A stretch of DNA of 64,000 bases from Candidatus Poribacteria bacterium (GTDB lineage Bacteria > Poribacteria > WGA-4E > PCPOR2b): contig OZ240245.1 in the NCBI GenBank assembly GCA_965198175.1, forward strand, positions 4,352,001 to 4,416,000, in the 5' to 3' direction. This document shows positions 9,765-20,425 of the stretch, piece after piece. The notes under the pieces were generated by a model, which searched no databases, was not told the origin of the DNA, and was given only the letters and a program-made list of their open reading frames with translations. Position 1 is the stretch's first letter. Every line of letters begins with the position of its first letter. The position numbers were made by a program, and so were the translations under genes.

Positions 9765-10007
9765 GGAGCTAGCGACGTTGGAAATCGTTGACGGCGTTCG
9801 CGCCGAAATCCTCGCACTATACCAACTAGAGCGCTTCAGTTTGCAGAATTGCGAAGTCTTCACAAATTGAGCATGAGGTTCGCATGCATTGGCGAAGATA
9901 ACGGTACAGCTTTATTCGACTACTTCATGGCGTGGATGACATTGTTGGGGCAGAAAAATTACAGTTTTTACAGTCTATAAAAAAAGGGGCGAATCGGAGC
10001 GAGCTTT

Positions 10008-10136
10008 TGTAGGTTGGGTTGAGCCAGCGGCGAAACCCAACGATCAACTGAGCGAATAGCGAAGGCGATAGTCTTCACCGACACCAAAACTGTCGTGCTC
10101 CCTGTTTGGTCGGTTGATCGCTCAACCCAACCTACA
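10008..10136. repeat. GTAG-type REP doublet (REPIN-like element)
   Basis: Perfect 17-bp terminal inverted repeat tgtaggttgggttgagc / gctcaacccaacctaca; the left end is GTAG followed by the palindrome GTTGGGTT..AACCCAAC. Confidence 0.8.
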
Positions 10137-10317
10137 GTCGAGTGAACCAGCGGTTTTTGGCAAACGGGACGTTTTTGCATGGAAGTCGTCCTGAGTTTCT
10201 GATAAAATAACGCAAGTTAACTGCTTGTTCGTAGCGCGAGAGGTGTATTGCAAGGTCGACGAAACCAACGCGAAGTCCCTATGGGGCGAAAAGCGTATAA
10301 CAAGAGCGGACGCTCCG

Positions 10318-13300
10318 ATGTCTATCGACACCAAAAACCTACCCGAAGCCGCTAATAATCAGTCGCTCTTTTCGGATTACTACCTCGATTCCCTCATCGT
10401 TGAACAACCGCAGTGGAAGAATACACCCGATATTGAATCGGATTACGCCGCAATTAAAAATCTCTTCGACGCTGTCGCACCCAACGCAGAACACCTCAAC
10501 GAGCCACAAACTGAACGCGAGTTCATCCAACCGCTGCTTGAACAGTTAGGGCACGTTTTCGAGGTGCAGCCCGCACTGCAAACATCGCTGGGAACCAAAA
10601 GACCCGATTATGGCTTCTTTGAATCGACTGACGCCCACAATACGGCAAAACCCCACATCAACACAAACCGGTTCTTCAAAACTGCCCTAGCCGTCGGTGA
10701 CGCGAAGGCGTGGTCACGCAACCTGGATCGGAAGGTGCAGGGCACCAGCGACCCGTTTAACAATCAGAATCCGAACTACCAGATCGATTTCTATCTGCGA
10801 GGCGCGGATAAAAACTGGGGCATCTTGACCAACGGTAGGCAGTGGCGGCTCTACCAGCGTCAGACCAGTTATCGGCTCGACAGTTTTTATGAGGTAGACC
10901 TCGCCGCGCTTCTCTCCGAAAACGGAGACCTAGATAACTTCCGCTATTTCTACTGTCTCTTTCGGCGCGATGCTTTCATCCCCGATGCGAGCGGGACATC
11001 CTTCCTCGACCGCGTATTGGGGGAGAGCCGGGAATACACCGTCAACGTTTCTGATGATTTGACAAACCGCATCTACGATGCCCTACGCCTGCTCATCGGC
11101 GGCTTCCTCCATTTTCCCCGCAACGGTTTCGACAAAGCCAATCCGCCGTTACATGAGATTCACACCAACTGCCTAATTCTTCTCTACCGCCTTCTGTTTA
11201 TCCTCTACGCTGAAAGCCGTGACTTGCTCCCCCTAAACAACCGCGATTACGCGATGCAATACAGCCTCGACCATTTGGCAACCGACATCCACGAAAAACT
11301 GGAAGGCGGTATCGCCTTCGCGCCGGGCGCGAGCCTCTATTGGACGGGGCTGCGCCAGTTATCTACGCTCGTCAACGACGGTTGGGAAGACCACATCCCG
11401 CAGTATAACGGCGGGCTTTTTAATCCGCAACAGCATCCGTTCCTAGAAAATCATGAGATAGGCGACGATTCGCTCGCACAAGTTATCGAACTCCTGACCC
11501 GGACCGAAGAAGGCGAACGCATCGCCTACCGCGATCTTGATGTGCGCCATCTGGGAAATATCTACGAGGGCTTGCTAGAATTTCAACCCCAAATTGCCGA
11601 TCAAGATTTGGTCGTCGTTTCAAAGAAAGGAAACGAGACGGTCGCGCCAAAGTCCTCTCCCAATCAGGAGATCGTTTATCCAAAGGGAGAAATCTATCTG
11701 CTGACGGACAAGGGTGATCGGAAGGCGACCGGGAGTTACTACACGCCCGATTACATCGTCCGCTATATCGTCGAAAACACCCTCGCGCCGCTCTGTGAGG
11801 GCAAAACCGTTAAGGAGATTCTATCGCTCAAGATTCTCGACCCTGCCACAGGCAGCGGTCACTTTCTCGTCGGCGTCGTTGATTATCTCGCCGAAGAACT
11901 AATCACACACCCGGATGCGCCGTTCATGACCGAAACGGCAAGCGAAGAGACGGAGCTCGCCTATTGGCGGCGGCGCGTCGTAGAATCGTGCGTTTACGGC
12001 GTCGATCTCAACCCCATGGCGGTGGAGTTGGCGAAACTCTCGCTCTGGCTGCACACGGTGGCAAAGGGCGAACCGCTTTCGTTTCTCGACCATCACATCC
12101 GTGCCGGCAATTCCCTGATTGGGGCGAAGATTGCGAAACTCTCGAACCTACCGCAACTGAAGAGAAGCCGCCGCAAAACGGACGAACCTCAGACAGAAGA
12201 ATTTTCGATGGCGTTCCCTTTCACCGACACAGTGGCAACCGCCATCGGACACTACCTGCTAATTGAGGAAGTGGAGAGCCGCACCGCCGACCAAATTCAC
12301 GCAAAGGAACATCAATTAGACATCGCGCAGACGATGCTGCGCTTTCACAAAGGGATGGCGAATCTCTGGACAAGCCTCTATTACGGAAATAGTGTTTCTC
12401 GTACGGAATATCACGCCGCACTTGATGCGCTGCGTGACAAGAAAATGGCGGAACTTGAGGCGATGCCATCCTATCAACGGTCGCAGGAGATAGCAACAGA
12501 GAAGCGGTTCTTCCATTGGGAGATTGAGTTCCCCGAGGTGTTTCGTGATAAGTACGGACGGGAGAAGGATAATCCGGGGTTTGATGCGGTTGTGGGAAAT
12601 CCGCCGTGGTCCGGTAAAGAAAATATGCTTACTGAGGATGATTATAGATATTTGCGAGATCTAGACATAGATAATCTCAATTACTATCCTTATTTCATAG
12701 TTATTAGCTTGAATAAGACTCGCCTTGGTGGGATCTTTGCTATGGTTCTGCCCGACAGCTTACTTATCAAAGCATACCATCGTACACGCCAATATATGTT
12801 AAATGGCCATACACTGAGGGAAATCACCCACTTGACGAAACCGTTTGAGGGCGTCGATCATGATGTTATAATTATCAGAGCCATATCAGGCAAGGCTCAA
12901 AATGACTACATAATGTGTCGAATAGTTCCTTATAAATCAACTCAGATAACACATGCTAACGTGAGTCAGGTACGGCATGAAAGTTGGAATGATAAACAAT
13001 TTGACTTTCGGTTTAATCTCCTAATTGACGAAAAAATCGAGGCAATCTCTAACAAACTGAGCAATGTAGGAATTGATTATAGATTCATCTGTGAAACCCA
13101 CGAAGGTATTCACACACGGCACAAACGTACTGAATTATTTCCAGAATCTGTTGATGATCTAACTCCATTGCATAAACCGCTGCTTATCGGCGAAAAATCC
13201 GGTGACATCATAGAACCATACTATATTCAATGGAATGGTCGCTACGTAAACTACGATCCAACACTTTGTACCCCTAATAACAAAGGAATGACACCAGATC

Positions 13301-14121
13301 TAGTGAATCCAGCATGGTTCACACAACCAAAGCTTGTTATTGTTCGCACAGGGGAACAATTTACCACCGCCATTGATCGAGAGCATCTTTATTTGAGCAA
13401 TAATTTGTTTAGTTCATTCCGTAGGCAGGATTCTAGATTAGACGTAAGTTATGAATACCTCTGTTGTTTGCTAAATTCCAAACTACTGCAAAAGTTTCTT
13501 CGCATCCGAATTGCTCCAAGGTTTGGTAGACTTTACGTAGAAACTAAGATTAAACATCTTGACCTTCTTCCCATCCGCCGCATCAACTTCACTACCCCCG
13601 CCGATGAACGCGACCGCCAACTTGAAAAAGCAAAAACGCTCTACCAATTCTGCCTCAACAAAGGTAGCATAGACTGCGTGCTTGGCTTCGTAAAGCACCA
13701 TCTCGCCGCCAATCCAGAGCGTTCCGACATCGTCCACGACCTACTCGGCTTCCTCGCGGCGCAGATGGTTGAGATGAACAAGACAAAAGGGCAGGAGATT
13801 CGCGGCTTTCTGCACTGGCTGGAACGGGAAATCGGGGTGGAAATTGAGGCACTCAAGAACAAGACCGCGATTCGGGGTTATTTCGATCTGCCGTTTGATC
13901 GCCTGCTGGATGTCCTCAGGAAAAACCGTCGGTGCATCGCCGTCGATTTATCAAGCCGAAATTTCCAAGAATCGTTGGAGCGCGAGTTTACAGCTAGCTG
14001 CGCCAAAATCAACCCCTTGCTCACCCGCATTCAGAGTACCGACGCGCTGATTGATCAGGTGGTCTATCAACTCTACGGCTTGACGGATGAGGAGATTGCC
14101 GTTGTAGAGGGGGAAGTCTGA
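10318..14121 (+). CDS. Type IIG (Eco57I-like) fused restriction endonuclease / N6-adenine methyltransferase
   Basis: N-terminal RPDY...GDAK nuclease motif and WGILTNGRQWRLY; ATGSYYTP; motif I ILDPATGSGHFL; YGVDLNP; FHWEIEFPEVF; motif IV GNPPW; TaqI_C-like tail ending IDQVVYQLYGLTDEEI. ORF track start is 10225; ATG 10318 preferred. Confidence 0.92.
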   Translation: MSIDTKNLPEAANNQSLFSDYYLDSLIVEQPQWKNTPDIESDYAAIKNLFDAVAPNAEHLNEPQTEREFIQPLLEQLGHVFEVQPALQTSLGTKRPDYGFFESTDAHNTAKPHINTNRFFKTALAVGDAKAWSRNLDRKVQGTSDPFNNQNPNYQIDFYLRGADKNWGILTNGRQWRLYQRQTSYRLDSFYEVDLAALLSENGDLDNFRYFYCLFRRDAFIPDASGTSFLDRVLGESREYTVNVSDDLTNRIYDALRLLIGGFLHFPRNGFDKANPPLHEIHTNCLILLYRLLFILYAESRDLLPLNNRDYAMQYSLDHLATDIHEKLEGGIAFAPGASLYWTGLRQLSTLVNDGWEDHIPQYNGGLFNPQQHPFLENHEIGDDSLAQVIELLTRTEEGERIAYRDLDVRHLGNIYEGLLEFQPQIADQDLVVVSKKGNETVAPKSSPNQEIVYPKGEIYLLTDKGDRKATGSYYTPDYIVRYIVENTLAPLCEGKTVKEILSLKILDPATGSGHFLVGVVDYLAEELITHPDAPFMTETASEETELAYWRRRVVESCVYGVDLNPMAVELAKLSLWLHTVAKGEPLSFLDHHIRAGNSLIGAKIAKLSNLPQLKRSRRKTDEPQTEEFSMAFPFTDTVATAIGHYLLIEEVESRTADQIHAKEHQLDIAQTMLRFHKGMANLWTSLYYGNSVSRTEYHAALDALRDKKMAELEAMPSYQRSQEIATEKRFFHWEIEFPEVFRDKYGREKDNPGFDAVVGNPPWSGKENMLTEDDYRYLRDLDIDNLNYYPYFIVISLNKTRLGGIFAMVLPDSLLIKAYHRTRQYMLNGHTLREITHLTKPFEGVDHDVIIIRAISGKAQNDYIMCRIVPYKSTQITHANVSQVRHESWNDKQFDFRFNLLIDEKIEAISNKLSNVGIDYRFICETHEGIHTRHKRTELFPESVDDLTPLHKPLLIGEKSGDIIEPYYIQWNGRYVNYDPTLCTPNNKGMTPDLVNPAWFTQPKLVIVRTGEQFTTAIDREHLYLSNNLFSSFRRQDSRLDVSYEYLCCLLNSKLLQKFLRIRIAPRFGRLYVETKIKHLDLLPIRRINFTTPADERDRQLEKAKTLYQFCLNKGSIDCVLGFVKHHLAANPERSDIVHDLLGFLAAQMVEMNKTKGQEIRGFLHWLEREIGVEIEALKNKTAIRGYFDLPFDRLLDVLRKNRRCIAVDLSSRNFQESLEREFTASCAKINPLLTRIQSTDALIDQVVYQLYGLTDEEIAVVEGEV

Positions 14122-14230
14122 TTGAAACACACCGGGACGAAAGGACAAAGTTTTTAGTTCAATAAAGATCTGTCTCCATAATCTGATAGTTTAACGCAAC
14201 CTTGTAGTTATGATACAAGGAGGGAATAAA

Positions 14231-14992
14231 ATGAGAAGGTTTCTCGCATCGCTAACATCGGCAATCATTTTTCTAACGCCATCTTTGGGAAGCGCACTCA
14301 GGATTGCGGACACCCCAGAATCTCGACGCAGCCAGACCTTGCTCTACATGGTTGAACGCTCCACCTTAGTTGTTGTCGGCACAGTAGTGCGCATGGACTA
14401 TGTGCGTCGTAATAAAGACCAGTTTCCTGGCATTTATGGCGGATTAACTACAGACATGACAGTCCGCGTGGACGATTTGATAAAAGGCAAGCCCAACGCC
14501 GGCAAGAAATATGTAAAATTCATGATTCCAGGTGGCAAAGGCATTAGTCCGCGCAATGGCAGGGCGATACAGCGTAGAATTGCCGGTCAGGTTGAGTTTG
14601 AATTAGGTGAAAAGGCAGTGCTGTTTCTGAGAAACAAATTTCCAAAATCGCCAAATGGACACCTTGTTAATTATCCGCATGGCGGCTATCGCATGTTACA
14701 CCCACAGTATAAGCGAGAAATTTTAGATGGATACGTACAGATTGCTTTTATGCGAGATGAAACCTCTAGACCAAAATATGTTGATGTTCCGCTCGAGTTA
14801 GGAGTAAATCTTGCAAAGGCATTTCTTAAGGATAAGGCTGCAACTTGTTCATTAGAGCAGGAACTCAAATTTTCAGATACCATTTCAGATACCACAGGAA
14901 AGCGTAACAAAGTCTTTCTACCCGAAGCGCTCGTAAAAGACTTAATTGAAGCATCAAAAAAGATACTTGATAAGGAGAAGATCCAAGAGTAA
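14231..14992 (+). CDS. Hypothetical secreted protein
   Basis: Start MRRFLASL after AAGGAGG; signal peptide; no family recognised. Confidence 0.7.
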   Translation: MRRFLASLTSAIIFLTPSLGSALRIADTPESRRSQTLLYMVERSTLVVVGTVVRMDYVRRNKDQFPGIYGGLTTDMTVRVDDLIKGKPNAGKKYVKFMIPGGKGISPRNGRAIQRRIAGQVEFELGEKAVLFLRNKFPKSPNGHLVNYPHGGYRMLHPQYKREILDGYVQIAFMRDETSRPKYVDVPLELGVNLAKAFLKDKAATCSLEQELKFSDTISDTTGKRNKVFLPEALVKDLIEASKKILDKEKIQE

Positions 14993-15121
14993 TGTTTCAT
15001 TCTCGCTATCAAGAGTCTTTTTTTCGGTTCGGCTTCTGCCTATTATTCCGACTAGCACGCCTTCAACAAGAAGCGTCTACCAGACGTTGGCGCCGACGGC
15101 GGCAAAACCGACATCGGTGGT

Positions 15122-15265
15122 GAAGCCCAACGCTTTTGAAACCTCCGGACGACAGAAAAGCGTTGGGTTTCGCTACATCCAACAATTCTCGAACTCAATT
15201 GACCAACAGACCGATTCGTCATAATCCACATGTTTCATCATCACCGCTCTACCCAACCTGCAAAA
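15122..15265. repeat. Left inverted repeat (truncated REPIN copy) flanking the HNH gene
   Basis: Imperfect reverse complement of 15970-16115; internal hairpin cccaacgctttt..aaaagcgttggg. Confidence 0.85.
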
Positions 15266-15353
15266 ACTGCCCGGATAACTTCGCCTATCCGTTTGATGGG
15301 AAGAATTACTGCCCCCGCTTGCGTAACTTCCACGTCGTATGAGTGTCAAGCGT

Positions 15354-15944
15354 TTAATCTTCACCATTGGAGAAGTGCTTGGAAAAATCGGGTTTCAACT
15401 TGTAAACCGTTTCATGTCCGTATCCATCCAAGCCTGCCGCTTGGGCTGGAACAACATCGACAAACCGCCCAATTGCCTGTGTAATCTTCGCTTCTACTGC
15501 TATGTCACCACAAGCAAACATGATTCCGAGATTACCGAGCAGTGCCGCGATAACGGGCTCCGTCCCTAGCGCTTCAGCGATTTGTGTGTATCGTTCACGG
15601 TCTGCGTGATAATGCCAGTTGGCTTCATGCCAGACGGAATACGGCAGGATTTTCTTTGGTTTCTCATCTTCACTAAGAGGTGTGCGTTGGCAACAATCTT
15701 TCACAACATCGCCATAAAAATTCCGAACATTAGACTTTTTCATGTGGCACTTCGGACACAATGCTTGCAAGTCTTCACAACTTTCGTTTCCCAATGTGTC
15801 GTAATGCCGGTGATGGATTTGCGTTGCTTCACGGTAGCATCCGCCTTCGCATTCACACTTGCCGCGACAATCGTCTAATTTCGCCTGTCGTTTCGCTTTC
15901 CATTGCTCAGATTGCATATATTTCTGATGGTCTACATCGGACAT
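15354..15944 (-). CDS. Small HNH-family endonuclease with uncharacterised C-terminal domain
   Basis: KYMQSEQWKAKR..C.CEGGC..QIHHRHY..LGNE..EDLQALCPKCH pattern; start MSDVD (15944) with GAGG RBS. Confidence 0.8.
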   Translation of the reverse strand: MSDVDHQKYMQSEQWKAKRQAKLDDCRGKCECEGGCYREATQIHHRHYDTLGNESCEDLQALCPKCHMKKSNVRNFYGDVVKDCCQRTPLSEDEKPKKILPYSVWHEANWHYHADRERYTQIAEALGTEPVIAALLGNLGIMFACGDIAVEAKITQAIGRFVDVVPAQAAGLDGYGHETVYKLKPDFSKHFSNGED

Positions 15945-15972
15945 GACAGCAGTCCTCACTTTTCTTAGATTT

Positions 15973-16208
15973 TGTAGTTTGGGTTGAGTGGAATTCATGA
16001 AACATGTGAATTATGAGGCATGAGTTTGGTTTGTTGATTGAGTTCAAGATTTGTTTGCGTGTAGCGAAACCCAACGCTTCTTGGTCGTCCGGAGGTTATA
16101 AAAGCGTTGGGTTTCGCTGCATCATAACAGATTTTTACCAAATTCAGCCCCCGGAACCAATCCTCCCTTTGTGGCAACCCTTGCCGACACCGCTCTACCC
16201 AACCTACA
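15973..16208. repeat. Complete ~236-bp REPIN/MITE-like element
   Basis: Imperfect terminal IR tgtagtttgggttgagtgg / ccgctctacccaacctaca; inner hairpin agcgaaacccaacgctt..aagcgttgggtttcgct. Confidence 0.8.
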
Positions 16209-16370
16209 AGTGCTACATGTATTTTTGAGTTTGTCGTGACCGAAATTTGCAAAAACAATGCTTCCCTGGCGACGTATTACCCCTTTTTTATAGACTGTAA
16301 AAACTGTAATTTTGTCCGCCCAAATGCTGTCATTTACCGCATCGATTCGGCAACCTTGGAAACCCATACA

Positions 16371-16445
16371 ATCAACCGAGCGGATAGATCAAGTGACCGA
16401 ATAGGATCAACCGAACGAATAGTGAGGAATCAATGGAGCGAATAG
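16371..16445 (+). repeat. Four degenerate 17-bp direct repeats (ATCAAnnGAnCGrATAG)
   Basis: Units at 16371, 16388, 16406 and 16429; the same unit occurs at 10043 inside the REPIN. Confidence 0.7.
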
Positions 16446-16714
16446 TGACTGCGATAGTTTTTGTAGTTCTTCATAGAGATCTTAGGCGATAAATTTCTCC
16501 GCTGACCGACACCGCACCCCCCAACCTACTTCCACAATTTGTATTAGGCATGCCAAACCAGTCAAGGCAGTTCCGTCCTACTGTAGGATGCTACCATCGG
16601 GTTGAGAATGCGGGTTGGATCAATGGGGATAAGACCATCCGTCTGATTGACTAACGATCTATCTAGTGTGAGGAAAGGTTTGCGCGTTTCAGTTGGAGCT
16701 TGCGTACGTAAGTC

Positions 16715-17869
16715 CTACACGGACCTCAATCCTCGCCCTGCCTTCCACTGCCGCCAGAAATTAATGCCGACGCTGAATAAAAGAGCGACGCCGACGATTC
16801 CCAACATCAATCCCAGTATCGCAATTCTGGGGATGCTTATTCCATACCAACAGCCGCCAATCAGTGCCATCGCGATGAAGAGGTCTTGGATACACCGCTG
16901 TCGCGCCGTTCTGAGAACAACTCTTAGGTTCTTCCGTCGCTCTTGCTTGACATACTTCGTCAACAATTCGACGGAGATTTGGGGCGGATAGGTGCGGGCT
17001 TCATCGGGAGAGACATCTCGGACGCATCGAAATCCGATATTACTCGCAGTGTAGTCTGGCGGTGCGTGAAGCCGATTTGCGCTGCGGAAATATCGCTCCG
17101 CGGTCTCGTCTCTAACCTCTAACCATGAACCGCCTCTCAAGACCTTATGCTGATTCCCGTAACCCCGATCGGTGTGCGGATTCCCTGAATAGGGCTTAAA
17201 CCTATCTGAGGTCCATTCCCACACATTCCCCGCAACTTCATGCACCCCGTAGGGACTTGCTGTAAGAGGGCGCGAACCCACCGGCGTACGTTCATCTGTG
17301 AGAATTTGTGCCATGTCCGACTGCTGCGCTGTGGTATTCGGGTCTCCGAATCGTCTGTTCCTCTTTCCGTCCGAGTCGCCTGCGGATGGATGACTGAAAA
17401 AGTGGTTTCCCCAAGGATAGATACGTCCATCGGCGCCTCTAGCGGCTTTTTCCCATTCTACTTCCGACGGCAAACGTCCCCCCGCCCATTGGGCATAGGC
17501 GTTCGCATCGTACCAATTAACGTGGGCGACGGGCAAAATTTCCTCGCCGTGCGTAACCATTCCGTTCCTCCAATCGGGCGGAGCAGGATGTCCGGTCGCA
17601 TTCACAAAGGTTTCATATTCCGCATTCGTGACCGGGTAACGGTCAATCCGATAAGGTCCTAGATACACAACGTGCATCGGCGCTTCATTTAATTTCGCGT
17701 ATTCAGATTGGGGTAAGATTGTGCCATAAAACGGTTCAGTATCCGTCCCCATGATGAAGGCACTCGGTGGGATGAGGACGATGTCTGGACGAAGGGCGCT
17801 GTGCGATTCGTGGGAGTTGTCCGAACGGTTGACGACTTCCGAAGCGTTGCTTCTACGGTCTGCGTTCAT
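16715..17869 (-). CDS. Formylglycine-generating enzyme (SUMF1/FGE-sulfatase) domain protein with C-terminal membrane anchor
   Basis: FIMG..EAPMH, YPVTNAEY, RLPSEVEWEKAARG, YPWG, GNVWEW, RGGSW, IGFRCV; two C-terminal TM segments; ATGA overlap with the upstream gene at 17869. Confidence 0.88.
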   Translation of the reverse strand: MNADRRSNASEVVNRSDNSHESHSALRPDIVLIPPSAFIMGTDTEPFYGTILPQSEYAKLNEAPMHVVYLGPYRIDRYPVTNAEYETFVNATGHPAPPDWRNGMVTHGEEILPVAHVNWYDANAYAQWAGGRLPSEVEWEKAARGADGRIYPWGNHFFSHPSAGDSDGKRNRRFGDPNTTAQQSDMAQILTDERTPVGSRPLTASPYGVHEVAGNVWEWTSDRFKPYSGNPHTDRGYGNQHKVLRGGSWLEVRDETAERYFRSANRLHAPPDYTASNIGFRCVRDVSPDEARTYPPQISVELLTKYVKQERRKNLRVVLRTARQRCIQDLFIAMALIGGCWYGISIPRIAILGLMLGIVGVALLFSVGINFWRQWKAGRGLRSV

Positions 17870-18684
17870 CGTCGAAAATTCCATTCTTCCGCCGCGTATT
17901 TTGTTTGTGCTAAACAATTTGCGGATTCGACCTCTTGGGCTGAAAGTTCACCTTCAATCAACTGAACGCCCATCTGTTCCTCGAATCCGGAGGCGACCGC
18001 AGCCTCAATTTCCCGCCGATCGATCGGTGCGCTGTCGTGGGTGTTGATGAATGCGGAATTTCTCTCAAGGTAACGATCGAAATCGGGTTGCCGTGAGGCG
18101 AGTGCTAATACATCGGGGGGTGGCATGTCGAGCGCGATGTAACCTTGGTACATCACACCAATCTGGTTGCGGCGCTGGGATACGCCAGCGATTTTTTTCC
18201 CATCAAGCATAAGGTCGTACTTGGCTGGATTGGTGAGGCAGATGTTAGCGAGATCTGTTCCAGACCGCGTATCCCGACTCGCGTGTTGCACCAGCGCTTC
18301 GATCTGTGGATTTGCGACCCCAATTCTTTGGAAGCCGCTAATCAGGCAGCCGCTGATAGCACTGTATGATGCTGAGATGGATTTCGGCAGGATGCCGTTG
18401 TGCGGTACAGCGATCGCATAGGTGACATCCCAACCGTGAACGACTGTGCCGCCGCCTGTCATTCGGCGAACAAGCTCGATGCTTCGTGCAGCACAAGCTT
18501 CGACATCGACTTTTTGAGCGATTCGTTGAAAGTAACCAAAGCTGAAGGCGGGTTGCGACCAATCATAAAACCGCAGCGTCGGTTGAGGGCTAGATTCTTG
18601 ACTCAGAAGGATAGCCTCATCAATTGCCATGTTCATCGCAGCGTTATGTTGTCCGGTCCTCAAAACTCGCCAAGTGTGATTCAT
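17866..18684 (-). CDS. Lipoate-protein ligase family protein (LipM/LplA-like)
   Basis: NMAIDEAIL, PTLRFYDW, SFGYFQ, VRRMTGGGTVVH, GKKIAGVSQRR. Confidence 0.9.
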   Translation of the reverse strand: MNHTWRVLRTGQHNAAMNMAIDEAILLSQESSPQPTLRFYDWSQPAFSFGYFQRIAQKVDVEACAARSIELVRRMTGGGTVVHGWDVTYAIAVPHNGILPKSISASYSAISGCLISGFQRIGVANPQIEALVQHASRDTRSGTDLANICLTNPAKYDLMLDGKKIAGVSQRRNQIGVMYQGYIALDMPPPDVLALASRQPDFDRYLERNSAFINTHDSAPIDRREIEAAVASGFEEQMGVQLIEGELSAQEVESANCLAQTKYAAEEWNFRR

Positions 18685-18799
18685 ACGTTCCCTCTTTCCC
18701 AAAGGACAACTCTTTTATACGGTATCCTAAAATCCCAAGCCCGTCGCCTGTCCAAACGATGTGTCTGTTACCCTTGCTCACGGTGGCTAAATTGACCTG

Positions 18800-20164
<1,365 letters not shown>

Positions 20165-20318
20165 TTAGCACTGCGCGCCGATCAATCACTGGTCGCTAAT
20201 TTTCAACGTTCTCCGCCCGGATACGATTTCGATTCCACCTTTTACACTCGACTTTGGAGACGTTGCGTAGCTACCGCAAATATCCTTGACGGTCTGAAGT
20301 GCCAAGTAAGATTTTACC

Positions 20319-20348
20319 TTGACAGCATTATATACAGAGGTGTAGAAT
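20319..20348 (+). promoter_or_regulatory. Sigma70-type promoter
   Basis: TTGACA-N18-TAGAAT upstream of 20426. Confidence 0.55.
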
Positions 20349-20425
20349 AAAATTGGGGACAGCTATTTTCTTCAATTTTAGGGAAAAAGCAACGACTCAT
20401 AACAACTTCAATAAGGAGATTAACA

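Noticed and set aside
15354..15944. IscB/TnpB or Cas9-like RNA-guided nuclease
   Set aside because: Only 196 aa, with no RuvC motifs or PLMP N-terminus visible.
16371..16445. CRISPR array
   Set aside because: Units are 17 bp, degenerate and nearly abutting with no 25-40 bp spacers; no cas genes are present.
16715..17869. FGE-fold protein as a DGR target or active formylglycine-generating enzyme
   Set aside because: No template repeat or RT nearby, and the catalytic cysteine pair is absent.
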